NCBI GenBank assembly: GCA_964371765.1
Contig: CAYJOF010000002.1
Coordinates: 1 to 54,023 of the forward strand
Direction of reading: 5' to 3'
DNA length: 54,023 bases
Origin: an uncultured Rikenellaceae bacterium
Lineage (GTDB): Bacteria > Bacteroidota > Bacteroidia > Bacteroidales > Rikenellaceae
Position 1 is the stretch's first letter. Every line of letters begins with the position of its first letter. Shown in pieces: positions 1 through 9,211 of the stretch. The notes below the pieces were generated by a model. The model was not told the DNA's origin, ran no database searches, and saw only the letters and a list, made by a program, of their open reading frames with translations. The translations under genes were made by a program, and so were the position numbers.

Positions 1-332
1 CCATACTGTTTGTGAGAAAAGCTCTTTTGAGGATAGCTCGACCTTTGCGGTTTTACATAAAGCGTGTCTCTATCTGGGATTGGGTATGGCGAGTCGATAT
101 CCAGATCAAAATCTGCCATAATAAAGAGGTGATCCCACAACTTATGTCGATAATCTGAAGAATCTCGCAAAGTTGGGTTGATATTTCCCATCACACTAAT
201 TATGGTGTGAGCCATCTCATTTCGTCTTTCTCTATTATTAGTATTTTTAAGGCTATCTACCATTTGTAGGATATTTCTACCATACTCTGGCAATTCTAGC
301 TTTAATCTATTAGAATTATAGTTCTTAATCAT
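1..332 (-). CDS. DUF4290-family protein (C-terminus cut by the window edge)
   Basis: Not in the ORF track because it runs off the edge. ATG at 332-330 on the minus strand, open to position 1. The translation MIKNYNSNRLKLELPEYGRNILQMVDSL...HKLWDHLFIMADFDLDIDSPYP fits the conserved Bacteroidota DUF4290 pattern. Confidence 0.75.
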   Translation of the reverse strand, partial: MIKNYNSNRLKLELPEYGRNILQMVDSLKNTNNRERRNEMAHTIISVMGNINPTLRDSSDYRHKLWDHLFIMADFDLDIDSPYPIPDRDTLYVKPQRSSYPQKSFSHKQY

Positions 333-605
333 TTAATTTGTTGATTTACTCTGGTTCTCCTTGCAAAAAAAATTCTTTCAATAATCATACAATTGTACAA
401 TTTTTGCGAGGTTTTAACTTATCTTTAAAAGGATAGAAAACTCAAAGATAATTGGTAAATAATTTCCTTATTTAAGAAATTTTTTTTAATTTTGCGACTT
501 AATAGTAATTTGTACTTAGGTTTGAAACTAGATGTATCGTCGCTACACACCCTTCAAACGCCGCAAAGGTATACAAATGTTGTACACATTACAAGTAAAA
601 TCAAT

Positions 606-613
606 TATTTTTG
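606..613 (+). promoter_or_regulatory. Bacteroidetes-type -7 box TATTTTTG
   Basis: Matches TAnnTTTG, 57 nt upstream of the ATG at 670. Confidence 0.4.
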
Positions 614-669
614 TCTATTATTTATAGACACCCCGAAGAATGGAAAAAATAAATATATAAATATCGTGT

Positions 670-1863
670 ATGAATAAGGTAATACTAATTTCAAAATCAC
701 GTGCAATATGTGGCTCTCTCAAGGAACTTCTAAATGGGCAGGAGATAGATGTACTTCTGGTAAAGGATTTCGACGAAGCATCGATTATTCTCAAAGCCGA
801 CAATGAGATTACACATATAATTGCACAGTTTAATACTGTTGGAGACACAGATTTTAAGGCTCCAGAGTATATTCGGAAATCCCGGATTTCACAACCAGTA
901 ATCTATCTACTGGACAAGAATCACAACCAAGATGAACAGCACTACGGCAGACATCTTGCCTCAATCCAGAACGGCAGACCTGTAAGGATCGCCGACCTAC
1001 TGGGTGAGATCAAAAAATTCAGCGGTAAACGCTATACATTTACCGATCCTACACAAATCGACACCAAAACAACCAAAATCTACTCACCAGTAGATGAGAT
1101 CATTGGACAGAGCCCACAGATCGAGATTGTCAAGGAGATGATTTGCAAGGTTGCCCCATCGGATGTCAGAGTCTTAATATCGGGGGAAAATGGCACGGGC
1201 AAGGAACTTGTTGCAAAATGTATTCACCTTCTAAGCCAACGACAAGACAACGCAATGATTGAGGTGAATTGCGCTGCAATGCCCTCAGAGCTTATCGAAA
1301 GTGAACTATTTGGGCATGAAAAAGGAGCATTCACCTCAGCCTCAAAGACACACCGAGGAAAATTCGAGGCCGCTCACAACTCGACACTATTCCTTGACGA
1401 GATTGGCGATATGAGCCTGTCGGCTCAAGCAAAAGTCCTAAGAGCACTCCAAGAGAATAAGATTTGTAGGGTAGGTGGCGATTCAGATGTAATGGTAGAC
1501 ACTCGAATTATAGCCGCAACCAATAAAAACCTAAAGGAGGAGATCTCTCAAGGAAGATTCCGCGAGGATCTATACCACCGCTTGAGTGTTGTAGAGATTG
1601 TTGTACCTAGCCTCAACGATAGAATTACTGATATTCCTATCCTAGCCAAACACTTTATGGACTACCTTTGCAAAAAACACAACAAAGAGATGTTCGAATT
1701 TGACGAGGGAGCCATCGAGATGCTTCAAAACAGAAACTGGAGTGGCAATATTCGAGAGTTACAAAATGCACTCGAAAGACTTGTCATATTTGGAGATGAC
1801 GTTGTATCTCCAGAGCTAGTCGATAGATATGTCAACAACAACTGCTATTCATTAATCAATTAA
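670..1863 (+). CDS. sigma-54-dependent AAA+ transcriptional activator (bEBP) with no C-terminal HTH and a degenerate receiver-like N-terminus
   Basis: Walker A GENGTGKE, GAFTSA loop (variant of GAFTGA), Walker B LFLDEIGD, RFREDLYHRL, NIRELQN. The protein ends about 25 aa after the AAA+ lid. Confidence 0.85.
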   Translation: MNKVILISKSRAICGSLKELLNGQEIDVLLVKDFDEASIILKADNEITHIIAQFNTVGDTDFKAPEYIRKSRISQPVIYLLDKNHNQDEQHYGRHLASIQNGRPVRIADLLGEIKKFSGKRYTFTDPTQIDTKTTKIYSPVDEIIGQSPQIEIVKEMICKVAPSDVRVLISGENGTGKELVAKCIHLLSQRQDNAMIEVNCAAMPSELIESELFGHEKGAFTSASKTHRGKFEAAHNSTLFLDEIGDMSLSAQAKVLRALQENKICRVGGDSDVMVDTRIIAATNKNLKEEISQGRFREDLYHRLSVVEIVVPSLNDRITDIPILAKHFMDYLCKKHNKEMFEFDEGAIEMLQNRNWSGNIRELQNALERLVIFGDDVVSPELVDRYVNNNCYSLIN

Positions 1864-1872
1864 ATAAATAAA

Positions 1873-2736
1873 ATGCAAGACCTAAAAGATCTAATTTCAA
1901 GTGATGCAAACAACGACATCACAAAAATTGTTAACCACACTGTAGAGAAATATCTTGAGAGTTTCTTCGACTTTCTACCTAAGTTGGTTTTCACTCTTGT
2001 ACTACTTTTTATTCTGTGGAAAATCACAAATGTAATCGTAAAAATAGTACGCAACATTCTACAAAAAAGAGAGCTTGACCACTCTGTGAATCAATTCATT
2101 TGCCGTCTGGTAAATATCTCTCTAAAAATTATAATCTGTATTAGCGTCGCTACAATACTTGGTTTTGAGGTTACATCTCTAATTGCAATGATCGGTGCTG
2201 CTGGTTTGGCAATTGGTTTGGCGCTTCAAGGTGCACTTCAGAACTTCGCTGGTGGTGTTATTATCCTTATTCTTAAACCATTTAAGACTGGTGACGATGT
2301 AGAGTTTGGCGGACAAAGAGGTGCAGTTAAGGAGGTTCAGCTATTTAGCACTGTAATCGAGAAATTTGTTACAAATGAGGTTGTCATCGTTCCAAATAGC
2401 GCAATTTCATCTAACACGCTAACAAACTGGTCGAGAGAGCGTGACAGAAGAATTGACATTCCTTTTGGGGTTGCTTATGGCTCAAACGTAGAGCAGATTC
2501 GCGAGATTCTTACTAAGGCTGCGGACAACTACAAACTAAGATTACCTGAACACAAATCAGAGGTGAGCACAACTGCTCTTGGCAGTAGTTCGGTAGATAT
2601 GCTTCTAAAGGTGTGGGTTAATCCAGCAAACTACTTTGAGGCGCACTCAGATCTAGTTGAAATGGTTTACAACGAGCTAAACAAGAACAATATCGAGATT
2701 CCATTCCCGCAAGTTGTTGTCACAAAGAAGAACTAG
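1873..2736 (+). CDS. small-conductance mechanosensitive channel (MscS family)
   Basis: N-terminal TM helices, then the MscS beta-domain pattern (GDDVEFGGQRGAVKEVQLFSTVI, NWSRE). Confidence 0.85.
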   Translation: MQDLKDLISSDANNDITKIVNHTVEKYLESFFDFLPKLVFTLVLLFILWKITNVIVKIVRNILQKRELDHSVNQFICRLVNISLKIIICISVATILGFEVTSLIAMIGAAGLAIGLALQGALQNFAGGVIILILKPFKTGDDVEFGGQRGAVKEVQLFSTVIEKFVTNEVVIVPNSAISSNTLTNWSRERDRRIDIPFGVAYGSNVEQIREILTKAADNYKLRLPEHKSEVSTTALGSSSVDMLLKVWVNPANYFEAHSDLVEMVYNELNKNNIEIPFPQVVVTKKN

Positions 2737-2742
2737 TAAGAT

Positions 2743-3393
2743 ATGCAAACAAACGATATTGAGCAGCTAAAACTAAAAGTGTTAAGCCAGATTAAGCGAG
2801 ACACTAATGGTGCAGTGCAGGGTGCAATGTTAGAGCATAGCGGCAGTGAGCCATACTTTAGCTATGGGGTATCTATCCCAAAGATTAAGCTTGTTGCTAA
2901 AGAGTACTTCGGCAACCACGACCTAGCTCTTTCGCTATTCAGCAGCTCAATTCGTGAACTAAAACTGGCGGCTCTATATATAGAGTCGCCAGATAATATC
3001 ACCTCAGAACAACTTCAGCTGTGGAGCTCTAGTTTCAACTCCGTTGAGATTGCAGACAACTCCTCACTTCTACTATCTCAGTCAGCGATAGGCACAAGGG
3101 AGGCTCTTAAATGGGTATCATCCATTGAAAGCGAGCCTATTTATGCTCAAAGAGCTGGCTACCTCACCCTATCTCGGAGAGTGAAATTCCACTACGACGA
3201 TAGCGAACTACCGATCTATCTGGAGGCTTATCAACAGGCTCTTAGTAATTTTAAGAATACTCAATCTAGCACCCGCAAGAGTATGGAGGTCTTCTTGGTA
3301 GCTATTGCTCACAGGGTCGAAAAGATTCGCCTAGAGCTGCTCGATATGAGATTAAGCGAAGATATTGATTGGCAAATTGAACAGCCTAATTAG
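2743..3393 (+). CDS. DNA alkylation repair protein (AlkD-like HEAT-repeat family)
   Basis: Pattern YGVSIPKIKLVAKEY..HDLALSLFSSSIRELKLAALYI..ITSEQLQLW is typical of the DNA_alkylation family. Called by eye only. Confidence 0.55.
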   Translation: MQTNDIEQLKLKVLSQIKRDTNGAVQGAMLEHSGSEPYFSYGVSIPKIKLVAKEYFGNHDLALSLFSSSIRELKLAALYIESPDNITSEQLQLWSSSFNSVEIADNSSLLLSQSAIGTREALKWVSSIESEPIYAQRAGYLTLSRRVKFHYDDSELPIYLEAYQQALSNFKNTQSSTRKSMEVFLVAIAHRVEKIRLELLDMRLSEDIDWQIEQPN

Positions 3394-4081
3394 TTGCCGA
3401 AAGGGCAATAACACTTACTATTGTGGTGGGCGATACGCTATTAATCTCCCTCACTAGAGAGGAAATTGTAGCTCCAGTTGTAGCTACATCATCCACAAGC
3501 AAGACTCTCTTGTTGGCTAATCTCTCAGGAAAGGAAACCCTGAAAATCCCCTCTACATTCGTCTCCCTCTTATCTTTTGACAATTTTGCTTGAGGAGGAT
3601 TATTTATAACTCTAGATACTAAATTATTATCTAGCTCTATACGCATTGCCTCTGCCACACCTTTAGCTATCCAATAGGATTGATTAAATCCACGACTACG
3701 CTCCTTCTTGGGATGTAGAGGAAGAGGAATAACATAATCGATATTTTGAAATTTAATGGTCTGATTAAGTTTCTGCCCAAAATACTTACCCAATTCATAG
3801 CCCAATTCATATCGTCTATCATATTTAATTTTGTGAATAGCCCTCTGCGCTAAACTTTGATGAGAAAATTCAAGCAGTGAGGCACAATCCAAAACTACAC
3901 ACTTACCCTCAATCTTTTTATAAAGTTCACTCTGGAACGTATGCCACGAGTAGCTCAAGGGCAATTGCGCCATACAGTCCATACAGATAACTGAATTGAC
4001 GGTAGTGGTTTGCCTATTCTCACATAGTGGGCAGTAGTTTGGGAATAGTAGCTGCCATATTGATTTGAGGAGTTGCTTCAT
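3386..4081 (-). CDS. ComF-family phosphoribosyltransferase-domain protein
   Basis: N-terminal Cys pairs (CPLCE...CMDC) and PRTase motif VLLVDDVATTGATI. Confidence 0.8.
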   Translation of the reverse strand: MKQLLKSIWQLLFPNYCPLCENRQTTTVNSVICMDCMAQLPLSYSWHTFQSELYKKIEGKCVVLDCASLLEFSHQSLAQRAIHKIKYDRRYELGYELGKYFGQKLNQTIKFQNIDYVIPLPLHPKKERSRGFNQSYWIAKGVAEAMRIELDNNLVSRVINNPPQAKLSKDKRETNVEGIFRVSFPERLANKRVLLVDDVATTGATISSLVREINSVSPTTIVSVIALSATN

Positions 4082-4083
4082 AT

Positions 4084-4115
4084 CAAAAAAACAAGGGCGA
4101 CCAAACAGCCGCCCT
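4084..4115 (-). terminator. intrinsic terminator after hpf
   Basis: On the minus strand: AGGGCG-loop-CGCCCT, then TGTTTTTTT. It abuts the comF start codon. Confidence 0.5.
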
Positions 4116-4143
4116 CTCAGTGGAGTTAGACTCCATTAACTTA

Positions 4144-4434
4144 TTAAAATTTTGCTTTATATTTTTCTAGTTGCTTCTTTAGTGCATCGATAGCCTCATC
4201 AAAAGCCTCTTCAAAAGACTTTGCTTGCTTCTCAGACACAAGCGTATCTCCGGGTACTGTAAGTGTAACAACAGCAATCTTATTACCTACTTCTTCATCT
4301 TTAGAGAGTTTGAGGATAACATCAACACTGCTTATTCTATCGAAAAATCTATTTAGTTTAGCAGATTTAGCCTCTACGAAATCTAACAATTTCTGGTCTG
4401 CGTCGAATTTTACTGACTGAATGTTTACGTCCAT
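4144..4434 (-). CDS. hpf: ribosome hibernation promoting factor / RaiA family
   Basis: 96 aa, MDVNIQSVKFDADQKLLDFVEAKSAKLNRFFDRI. Typical short HPF, in the conserved Bacteroidetes rpsU-xerC-hpf context. Confidence 0.85.
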   Translation of the reverse strand: MDVNIQSVKFDADQKLLDFVEAKSAKLNRFFDRISSVDVILKLSKDEEVGNKIAVVTLTVPGDTLVSEKQAKSFEEAFDEAIDALKKQLEKYKAKF

Positions 4435-4445
4435 AAATTAATCTC

Positions 4446-5381
4446 CTATTTTTTTAGTTTATAATTAGCTCTTGGATGAGCCCTGTTAAATGCCTCTTTT
4501 AGTTGTTCTATGTTGCTGTGCGTATAGATTTGAGTTGACGATAGAGACGAATGTCCCAACAATTCCTTAATACTCTCAACTCCCGCTCCGCCACCTAGTA
4601 GATGGGTTGCAAAGGTATGGCGTAATACGTGTGGCGATCTTTTGCCCTTTAAACCCCATTGAGATAGCACTCTACGCACGATTCTATACACTTCTGTTCT
4701 CGAAATAGTGTAATTTCTGTTTGATAAAAATAGTGATTTATTTTCAATCTCGCAAATTTCGGAGCGTAAAAATAAGAAATTTTTTAATTTTTTTTCTAAA
4801 GTACTGATTATAGGGACTATACGCTGCCGATCTCCCTTACCAGTCACAACTAGCTGCATCTGCTCTAAAGATATATCCTCCAAGTCTATATTTATTAACT
4901 CTGCTAACCGTATTCCCGTTGCATAAAGAAGTAGAATAATTAGCTCCTCACGCTCTTTTTGATAGTCATCGCTATATTCCAAGAGCTGCATAACATTTGA
5001 TTGAATCACCGATGTGGGCACAAATACAGGAACATTTCTCTCCTTACGCACTGAACTCACCCCTTGCATAGAGTTGGTAGGGATATATCCTTTGCGATAG
5101 TAGTAGGAATATAGCGATTTGATAGCCGAGATACGGCGATTGATTGTTGCCGAGGAGAGTCCCTGCTGGCTCATCTCCATAATCCAGTAGCGAAGGTCTC
5201 GCGCACGATATTGCGACGGGCTGAACTGCTGTTCTGCCTGTTGCAACATCTCTGTATTGCGGGTATCATCTACCAGACCCAGATAAAGCAAAAACTGACT
5301 GATGTCGTTTTTATACGAACACACAGTCAGTTTTGAATAGCTTTTCTCGATTGTAAGGTAGTTATAAAAACTATCTATCAT
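4446..5381 (-). CDS. tyrosine site-specific recombinase, XerC/XerD-like
   Basis: C-terminal catalytic pattern HVLRHTFATHLL...LGHSSLSSTQIYTH and an N-terminal SAM-like domain. Confidence 0.85.
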   Translation of the reverse strand: MIDSFYNYLTIEKSYSKLTVCSYKNDISQFLLYLGLVDDTRNTEMLQQAEQQFSPSQYRARDLRYWIMEMSQQGLSSATINRRISAIKSLYSYYYRKGYIPTNSMQGVSSVRKERNVPVFVPTSVIQSNVMQLLEYSDDYQKEREELIILLLYATGIRLAELINIDLEDISLEQMQLVVTGKGDRQRIVPIISTLEKKLKNFLFLRSEICEIENKSLFLSNRNYTISRTEVYRIVRRVLSQWGLKGKRSPHVLRHTFATHLLGGGAGVESIKELLGHSSLSSTQIYTHSNIEQLKEAFNRAHPRANYKLKK

Positions 5382-5405
5382 CGGCTAATATGTTTTGCAG
5401 AGAGA

Positions 5406-5597
5406 CTACTCTTCGTTTTGGCGCATTCTCTCAACGTATACAGCTTTCTCCATCTTCTTGCGGTTAACAACCGATGGTTTTACAAATTGCTGACGTGCAC
5501 GAAGCTCTTTAATAACACCTGTCTTCTCAAATTTTCTCTTAAACTTCTTAAGGGCTCTTTCGATATTTTCACCCTCTTTGATTGGCATAATAATCAT
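5406..5597 (-). CDS. rpsU: 30S ribosomal protein S21
   Basis: PIKEGENIERALKKFKRKFEKTGVIKELRARQQFVKPS is the canonical S21 sequence. Confidence 0.95.
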   Translation of the reverse strand: MIIMPIKEGENIERALKKFKRKFEKTGVIKELRARQQFVKPSVVNRKKMEKAVYVERMRQNEE

Positions 5598-5766
5598 AAT
5601 GCTTATTCTTTATTATATGGCTCTAGGCCTTGTTAGTATTTAATTTTTCAGTGTTTTTTATCGACTCGCCACCACTACTGCCTCCGCAGAACGAGCCCCA
5701 ATCGTTATATATCTACTTATGTAGCAACTATCTCCTTTTATATTAATAATATAACGATTTGAGGTG

Positions 5767-5774
5767 CAAAGATA
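5767..5774 (-). promoter_or_regulatory. -7 box TATCTTTG (minus strand), candidate rpsU promoter
   Basis: The only TAnnTTTG match on the minus strand upstream of rpsU. It lies about 170 nt from the start codon, which implies a long leader. Confidence 0.35.
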
Positions 5775-5869
5775 AACATACTTTTTTTAACCACAAAGAA
5801 ATTTTAGAAAAAAATGTTTCTCTCCATAAAACATTATCAAAAAAGCATAAAACTCTACAAAATTATCAT

Positions 5870-5877
5870 TACATTTG
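5870..5877 (+). promoter_or_regulatory. -7 box TACATTTG
   Basis: 31 nt upstream of the ATG at 5908. Confidence 0.45.
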
Positions 5878-5907
5878 TGGTTTAAAAAAATATAATAGTC
5901 AATAACT

Positions 5908-7632
5908 ATGGAGAATCATACTGAAAAGAGCATAAACAATTGGTTGAATGGATCTTACGACCAGCAAACAAAGAACGAAATCCTTAGAATGAAAAAGGAG
6001 GATCCTCGAGAGTTGGAGGAGTCTTTCTACACCTCGCTAGAGTTTGGCACTGGTGGACTTAGAGGACTTATGGGCATTGGAACTAATAGAATGAACATCT
6101 ACACTGTTGCAATGGCAACTCAAGGACTTTCGAACTACCTCAACGAGGTATTTCCCTCTGAGGCCATAAGTGTAGCAATTGCCTACGACAATCGCAACAA
6201 TAATCGTCTCTTTGCCGACACTACGGCAAACGTATTCTCGGCTAACGGGATTAAGGTCTGGATGTTTGAGGATATTCGCCCTACTCCTGAGCTCAGTTTT
6301 GCAATTCGCCAACTTGGATGTAAGAGTGGGGTGATGATCACGGCCTCTCACAATCCAAAGGAGTACAACGGCTACAAAGCCTACTGGGAGGATGGCGCAC
6401 AGATGATCGAACCTCACGACATTAACGTAATAAAGAATGTTCAGAAGATAACAGACGCAGCACAAGTAAAATGGGAACGCAACGAAGATTTGATAGAGCT
6501 AATACCCTCATCATTTGATCAGAAGTTTATCGACAACGTGCTCTCTATGAAACAGAACGGTGAGCTTATTGACAAGTTTGGGGATTTTGGAATCATCTAT
6601 ACGCCTATACACGGAACTGGTAGCAAAATAATGCCTGAGGCGCTTAAACAGTACGGCTTTTCGAATGTAACGATGGTGCCTGAACAAGCTATTGCCGATG
6701 GTAACTTTCCGACTGTTATTCATCCAAACCCAGAGGATGCACGCGCTCTGGAGATGTCTATCGAGCTGGGCAAGAAATTGGGCGCAGAGCTAATTCTAGC
6801 AACCGATCCCGATGCCGATAGGATAGCAGTTGCAGTAAGAGATTCTAAAGGAGAGTTTACTCCTATCAACGGTAATCAAGCTGCTGCGCTTCTTAGCTAC
6901 TATCTACTCAAAATTAGAGAGCAGAGAGGAGAGCTAAAGTCTTCGGACTACCTAGTCAAAACCATTGTAACTACAGAGTTGATGGCTAAAATCTCCGAAA
7001 AATTTGGAGTAGAGTGCTTCAATGTCTTAACAGGATTTAAATTCATTGCCGATGTAATTCGCAAGAATGAGGGCAAACGCCTATTCATAGGAGGCGGAGA
7101 GGAGAGCTACGGGTATATGATTGGAGAGAATGTAAGAGATAAGGATTCTATTGCAAGTGCTGCGATGATTGCAGAGATAATGGCGTGGGGGAGATCTATG
7201 GGTAAGAGCATACTAGATCTACTAGAGGATATATACAGAGAGTTCGGCTACTTCCTTGAAGATCAGGTAGCGCTGACAAAAAAAGGGATGGATGGAATGG
7301 CAGAGATTGGGCAGATGATGAGCGACTATCGTCAGACTCCACCTCAGGAGATTGCCTCAAAGAGAGTTGTTAAGGTGTTTGATTATAAGAGTCTAAAAGC
7401 TACCGATTTGATAAGTGGCAAAAGTGAGGATATTCTACTACCTAGCTCAAACGTACTGCAATTCCTCACAGAGGATGACTCAATTATCTCGATTCGCCCT
7501 AGCGGCACTGAACCTAAAATTAAGTTCTATTTTGGAGTATCGGAACAGCTAGACAAGAGCGTTTCGATTGAAGAGGTGCAGCAAAAAGCAGCTCAAAAAA
7601 TTGAGGAAATAAAAAATTCGCTTGGATTATAG
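5908..7632 (+). CDS. phosphoglucomutase/phosphomannomutase-family phospho-sugar mutase
   Basis: Active-site TASHNPKEYNGYK, metal loop TDPDADRIAV, sugar loop GGEESYG. 574 aa. Confidence 0.9.
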   Translation: MENHTEKSINNWLNGSYDQQTKNEILRMKKEDPRELEESFYTSLEFGTGGLRGLMGIGTNRMNIYTVAMATQGLSNYLNEVFPSEAISVAIAYDNRNNNRLFADTTANVFSANGIKVWMFEDIRPTPELSFAIRQLGCKSGVMITASHNPKEYNGYKAYWEDGAQMIEPHDINVIKNVQKITDAAQVKWERNEDLIELIPSSFDQKFIDNVLSMKQNGELIDKFGDFGIIYTPIHGTGSKIMPEALKQYGFSNVTMVPEQAIADGNFPTVIHPNPEDARALEMSIELGKKLGAELILATDPDADRIAVAVRDSKGEFTPINGNQAAALLSYYLLKIREQRGELKSSDYLVKTIVTTELMAKISEKFGVECFNVLTGFKFIADVIRKNEGKRLFIGGGEESYGYMIGENVRDKDSIASAAMIAEIMAWGRSMGKSILDLLEDIYREFGYFLEDQVALTKKGMDGMAEIGQMMSDYRQTPPQEIASKRVVKVFDYKSLKATDLISGKSEDILLPSSNVLQFLTEDDSIISIRPSGTEPKIKFYFGVSEQLDKSVSIEEVQQKAAQKIEEIKNSLGL

Positions 7633-8406
7633 ATGTATAGAGTAAGGATATTGGGTAGTGGCACCTCTCAGGGGGTGCCAGTGATTGGCTGCAAATGTGA
7701 AGTTTGCAGATCAGAGGATAGCCGCGACAAGCGACTACGCTCCTCTGTAATGATTGAAATCGACCACACCACCCTAATTATCGACACTGGTCCCGATTTC
7801 CGCTACCAGATGCTACGAGAGGGTGTTGAGAATATCGATGCAATCCTCTACACTCATCATCACAAAGATCACACTGGAGGACTTGACGATGTACGAGCAT
7901 TCAACTACACAAAAAAATCTGCAATAGATATATATGGCTCAAAGGAGAGTTTAGAGGTTATTCGAAAAGATTTCGATTACGCCTTCGCCACTGAGCCATA
8001 TCCCGGGGTTCCTGTGCTCTCGACACACACTATTTCTACTACTCCATTCGTTGTTAATGGAGTAGAAATAGTTCCAATAGTAGGTCGCCACTACCTTATG
8101 GATGTAACAGGATATAGGATTGGTGGCTTGTGCTATATGACAGATTTTAACTCAATTGAACAGAGTGAAATAGACAAAATAAAAGGCGTTGAAGTGCTTA
8201 TTATAAACGCTTTAAGACACGAAAAACACCTCTCACATTTTACAGTAGAGGAGGCTCTAGCGGTGGCCAAAAGAGTGGGAGCAAAGCGCACTTATCTTAC
8301 TCATATGTCGCACCAAATTGGTCTCCACACTGAACTAGCAGAGCAGTTGCCCGAGGGCATCTTCCCTGCATACGATAGACTAAAAATAGATATATACAAT
8401 GATTAA
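7633..8406 (+). CDS. MBL-fold metallo-hydrolase (PhnP-like)
   Basis: HHHKDHTGG metal motif and an N-terminal Cys cluster GCKCEVC. Confidence 0.8.
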   Translation: MYRVRILGSGTSQGVPVIGCKCEVCRSEDSRDKRLRSSVMIEIDHTTLIIDTGPDFRYQMLREGVENIDAILYTHHHKDHTGGLDDVRAFNYTKKSAIDIYGSKESLEVIRKDFDYAFATEPYPGVPVLSTHTISTTPFVVNGVEIVPIVGRHYLMDVTGYRIGGLCYMTDFNSIEQSEIDKIKGVEVLIINALRHEKHLSHFTVEEALAVAKRVGAKRTYLTHMSHQIGLHTELAEQLPEGIFPAYDRLKIDIYND

Positions 8407-9208
8407 AGGCAAGGTAGTGATTGTTACGGGGGCATCCTCGGGAATCGGATTGGCACTATGCGAAACTTATGCTCGCAAAGGGGCACGAGTAGTTATGGCA
8501 GCAAGAAGTATCGACAAACTTGGGGTGCTTGAGGAGCGTCTAAAGGGTCAAGGTGCTCAGGTGCTTGCCGTTAAGTGTGATGTTAGCCGTGAGGAGGATT
8601 GCAGGTTGATGGTTGAGAGATGCGTTGAGAAATTTGGCGGTGTAGATATTTGTATCTGCAATGCAGGTATCTCGATGAGAGCTCTCTTTGACGACGTTGA
8701 TCTAAAGGTACTTCACCAGCTTATGGATGTAAATTTTTGGGGAGCTGTAAACACCGTTAAATATGCTTTACCACATATCCAACGCTCAAAAGGTTCAATC
8801 GTGGGAGTAAGTTCAGTTGCAGGCATACACGGTCTGCCAGCACGAACTGGTTACTCTGCAAGCAAGTACGCCCTGAAGGGTTTCTTAGAGACCATCCGTA
8901 TCGAAAACCTAAAAAAAGGAGTCCACGTTATGTTAGCATATCCTGGCTTTACTGCCTCAAACATACGATTCACTGCCCTTACGGCAGACAATACTCCACA
9001 AGGAGATACTCCTAGAGCCGAAGAGAAAATGATGAGCGCACAGGAGGTTAGCGATCTAATTGTAAGAGGAGTAGAGCGACGAAAGCGAGATCTAACAATG
9101 GATTTTCAAGGCAAAGCCTCAGCACTTATCAAGAAATTTTTCCCTGCACTGCTCGACAAATTATTCTATAACCATATGGCAAAAGAGCCAGATTCACCAC
9201 TGAAATAA
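8399..9208 (+). CDS. SDR-family oxidoreductase
   Basis: TGASSGIG cofactor motif, NAG, YSASK catalytic motif. Overlaps the upstream gene by 8 nt. Confidence 0.9.
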   Translation: MIKGKVVIVTGASSGIGLALCETYARKGARVVMAARSIDKLGVLEERLKGQGAQVLAVKCDVSREEDCRLMVERCVEKFGGVDICICNAGISMRALFDDVDLKVLHQLMDVNFWGAVNTVKYALPHIQRSKGSIVGVSSVAGIHGLPARTGYSASKYALKGFLETIRIENLKKGVHVMLAYPGFTASNIRFTALTADNTPQGDTPRAEEKMMSAQEVSDLIVRGVERRKRDLTMDFQGKASALIKKFFPALLDKLFYNHMAKEPDSPLK

Positions 9209-9211
9209 TTT

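Noticed and set aside
4446-5381. Tyrosine recombinase as a marker of an integrated mobile element.
   Set aside because: It sits in the conserved Bacteroidota housekeeping arrangement rpsU-recombinase-hpf, looks XerC/D-like, and has no flanking repeats, tRNA or cargo genes.
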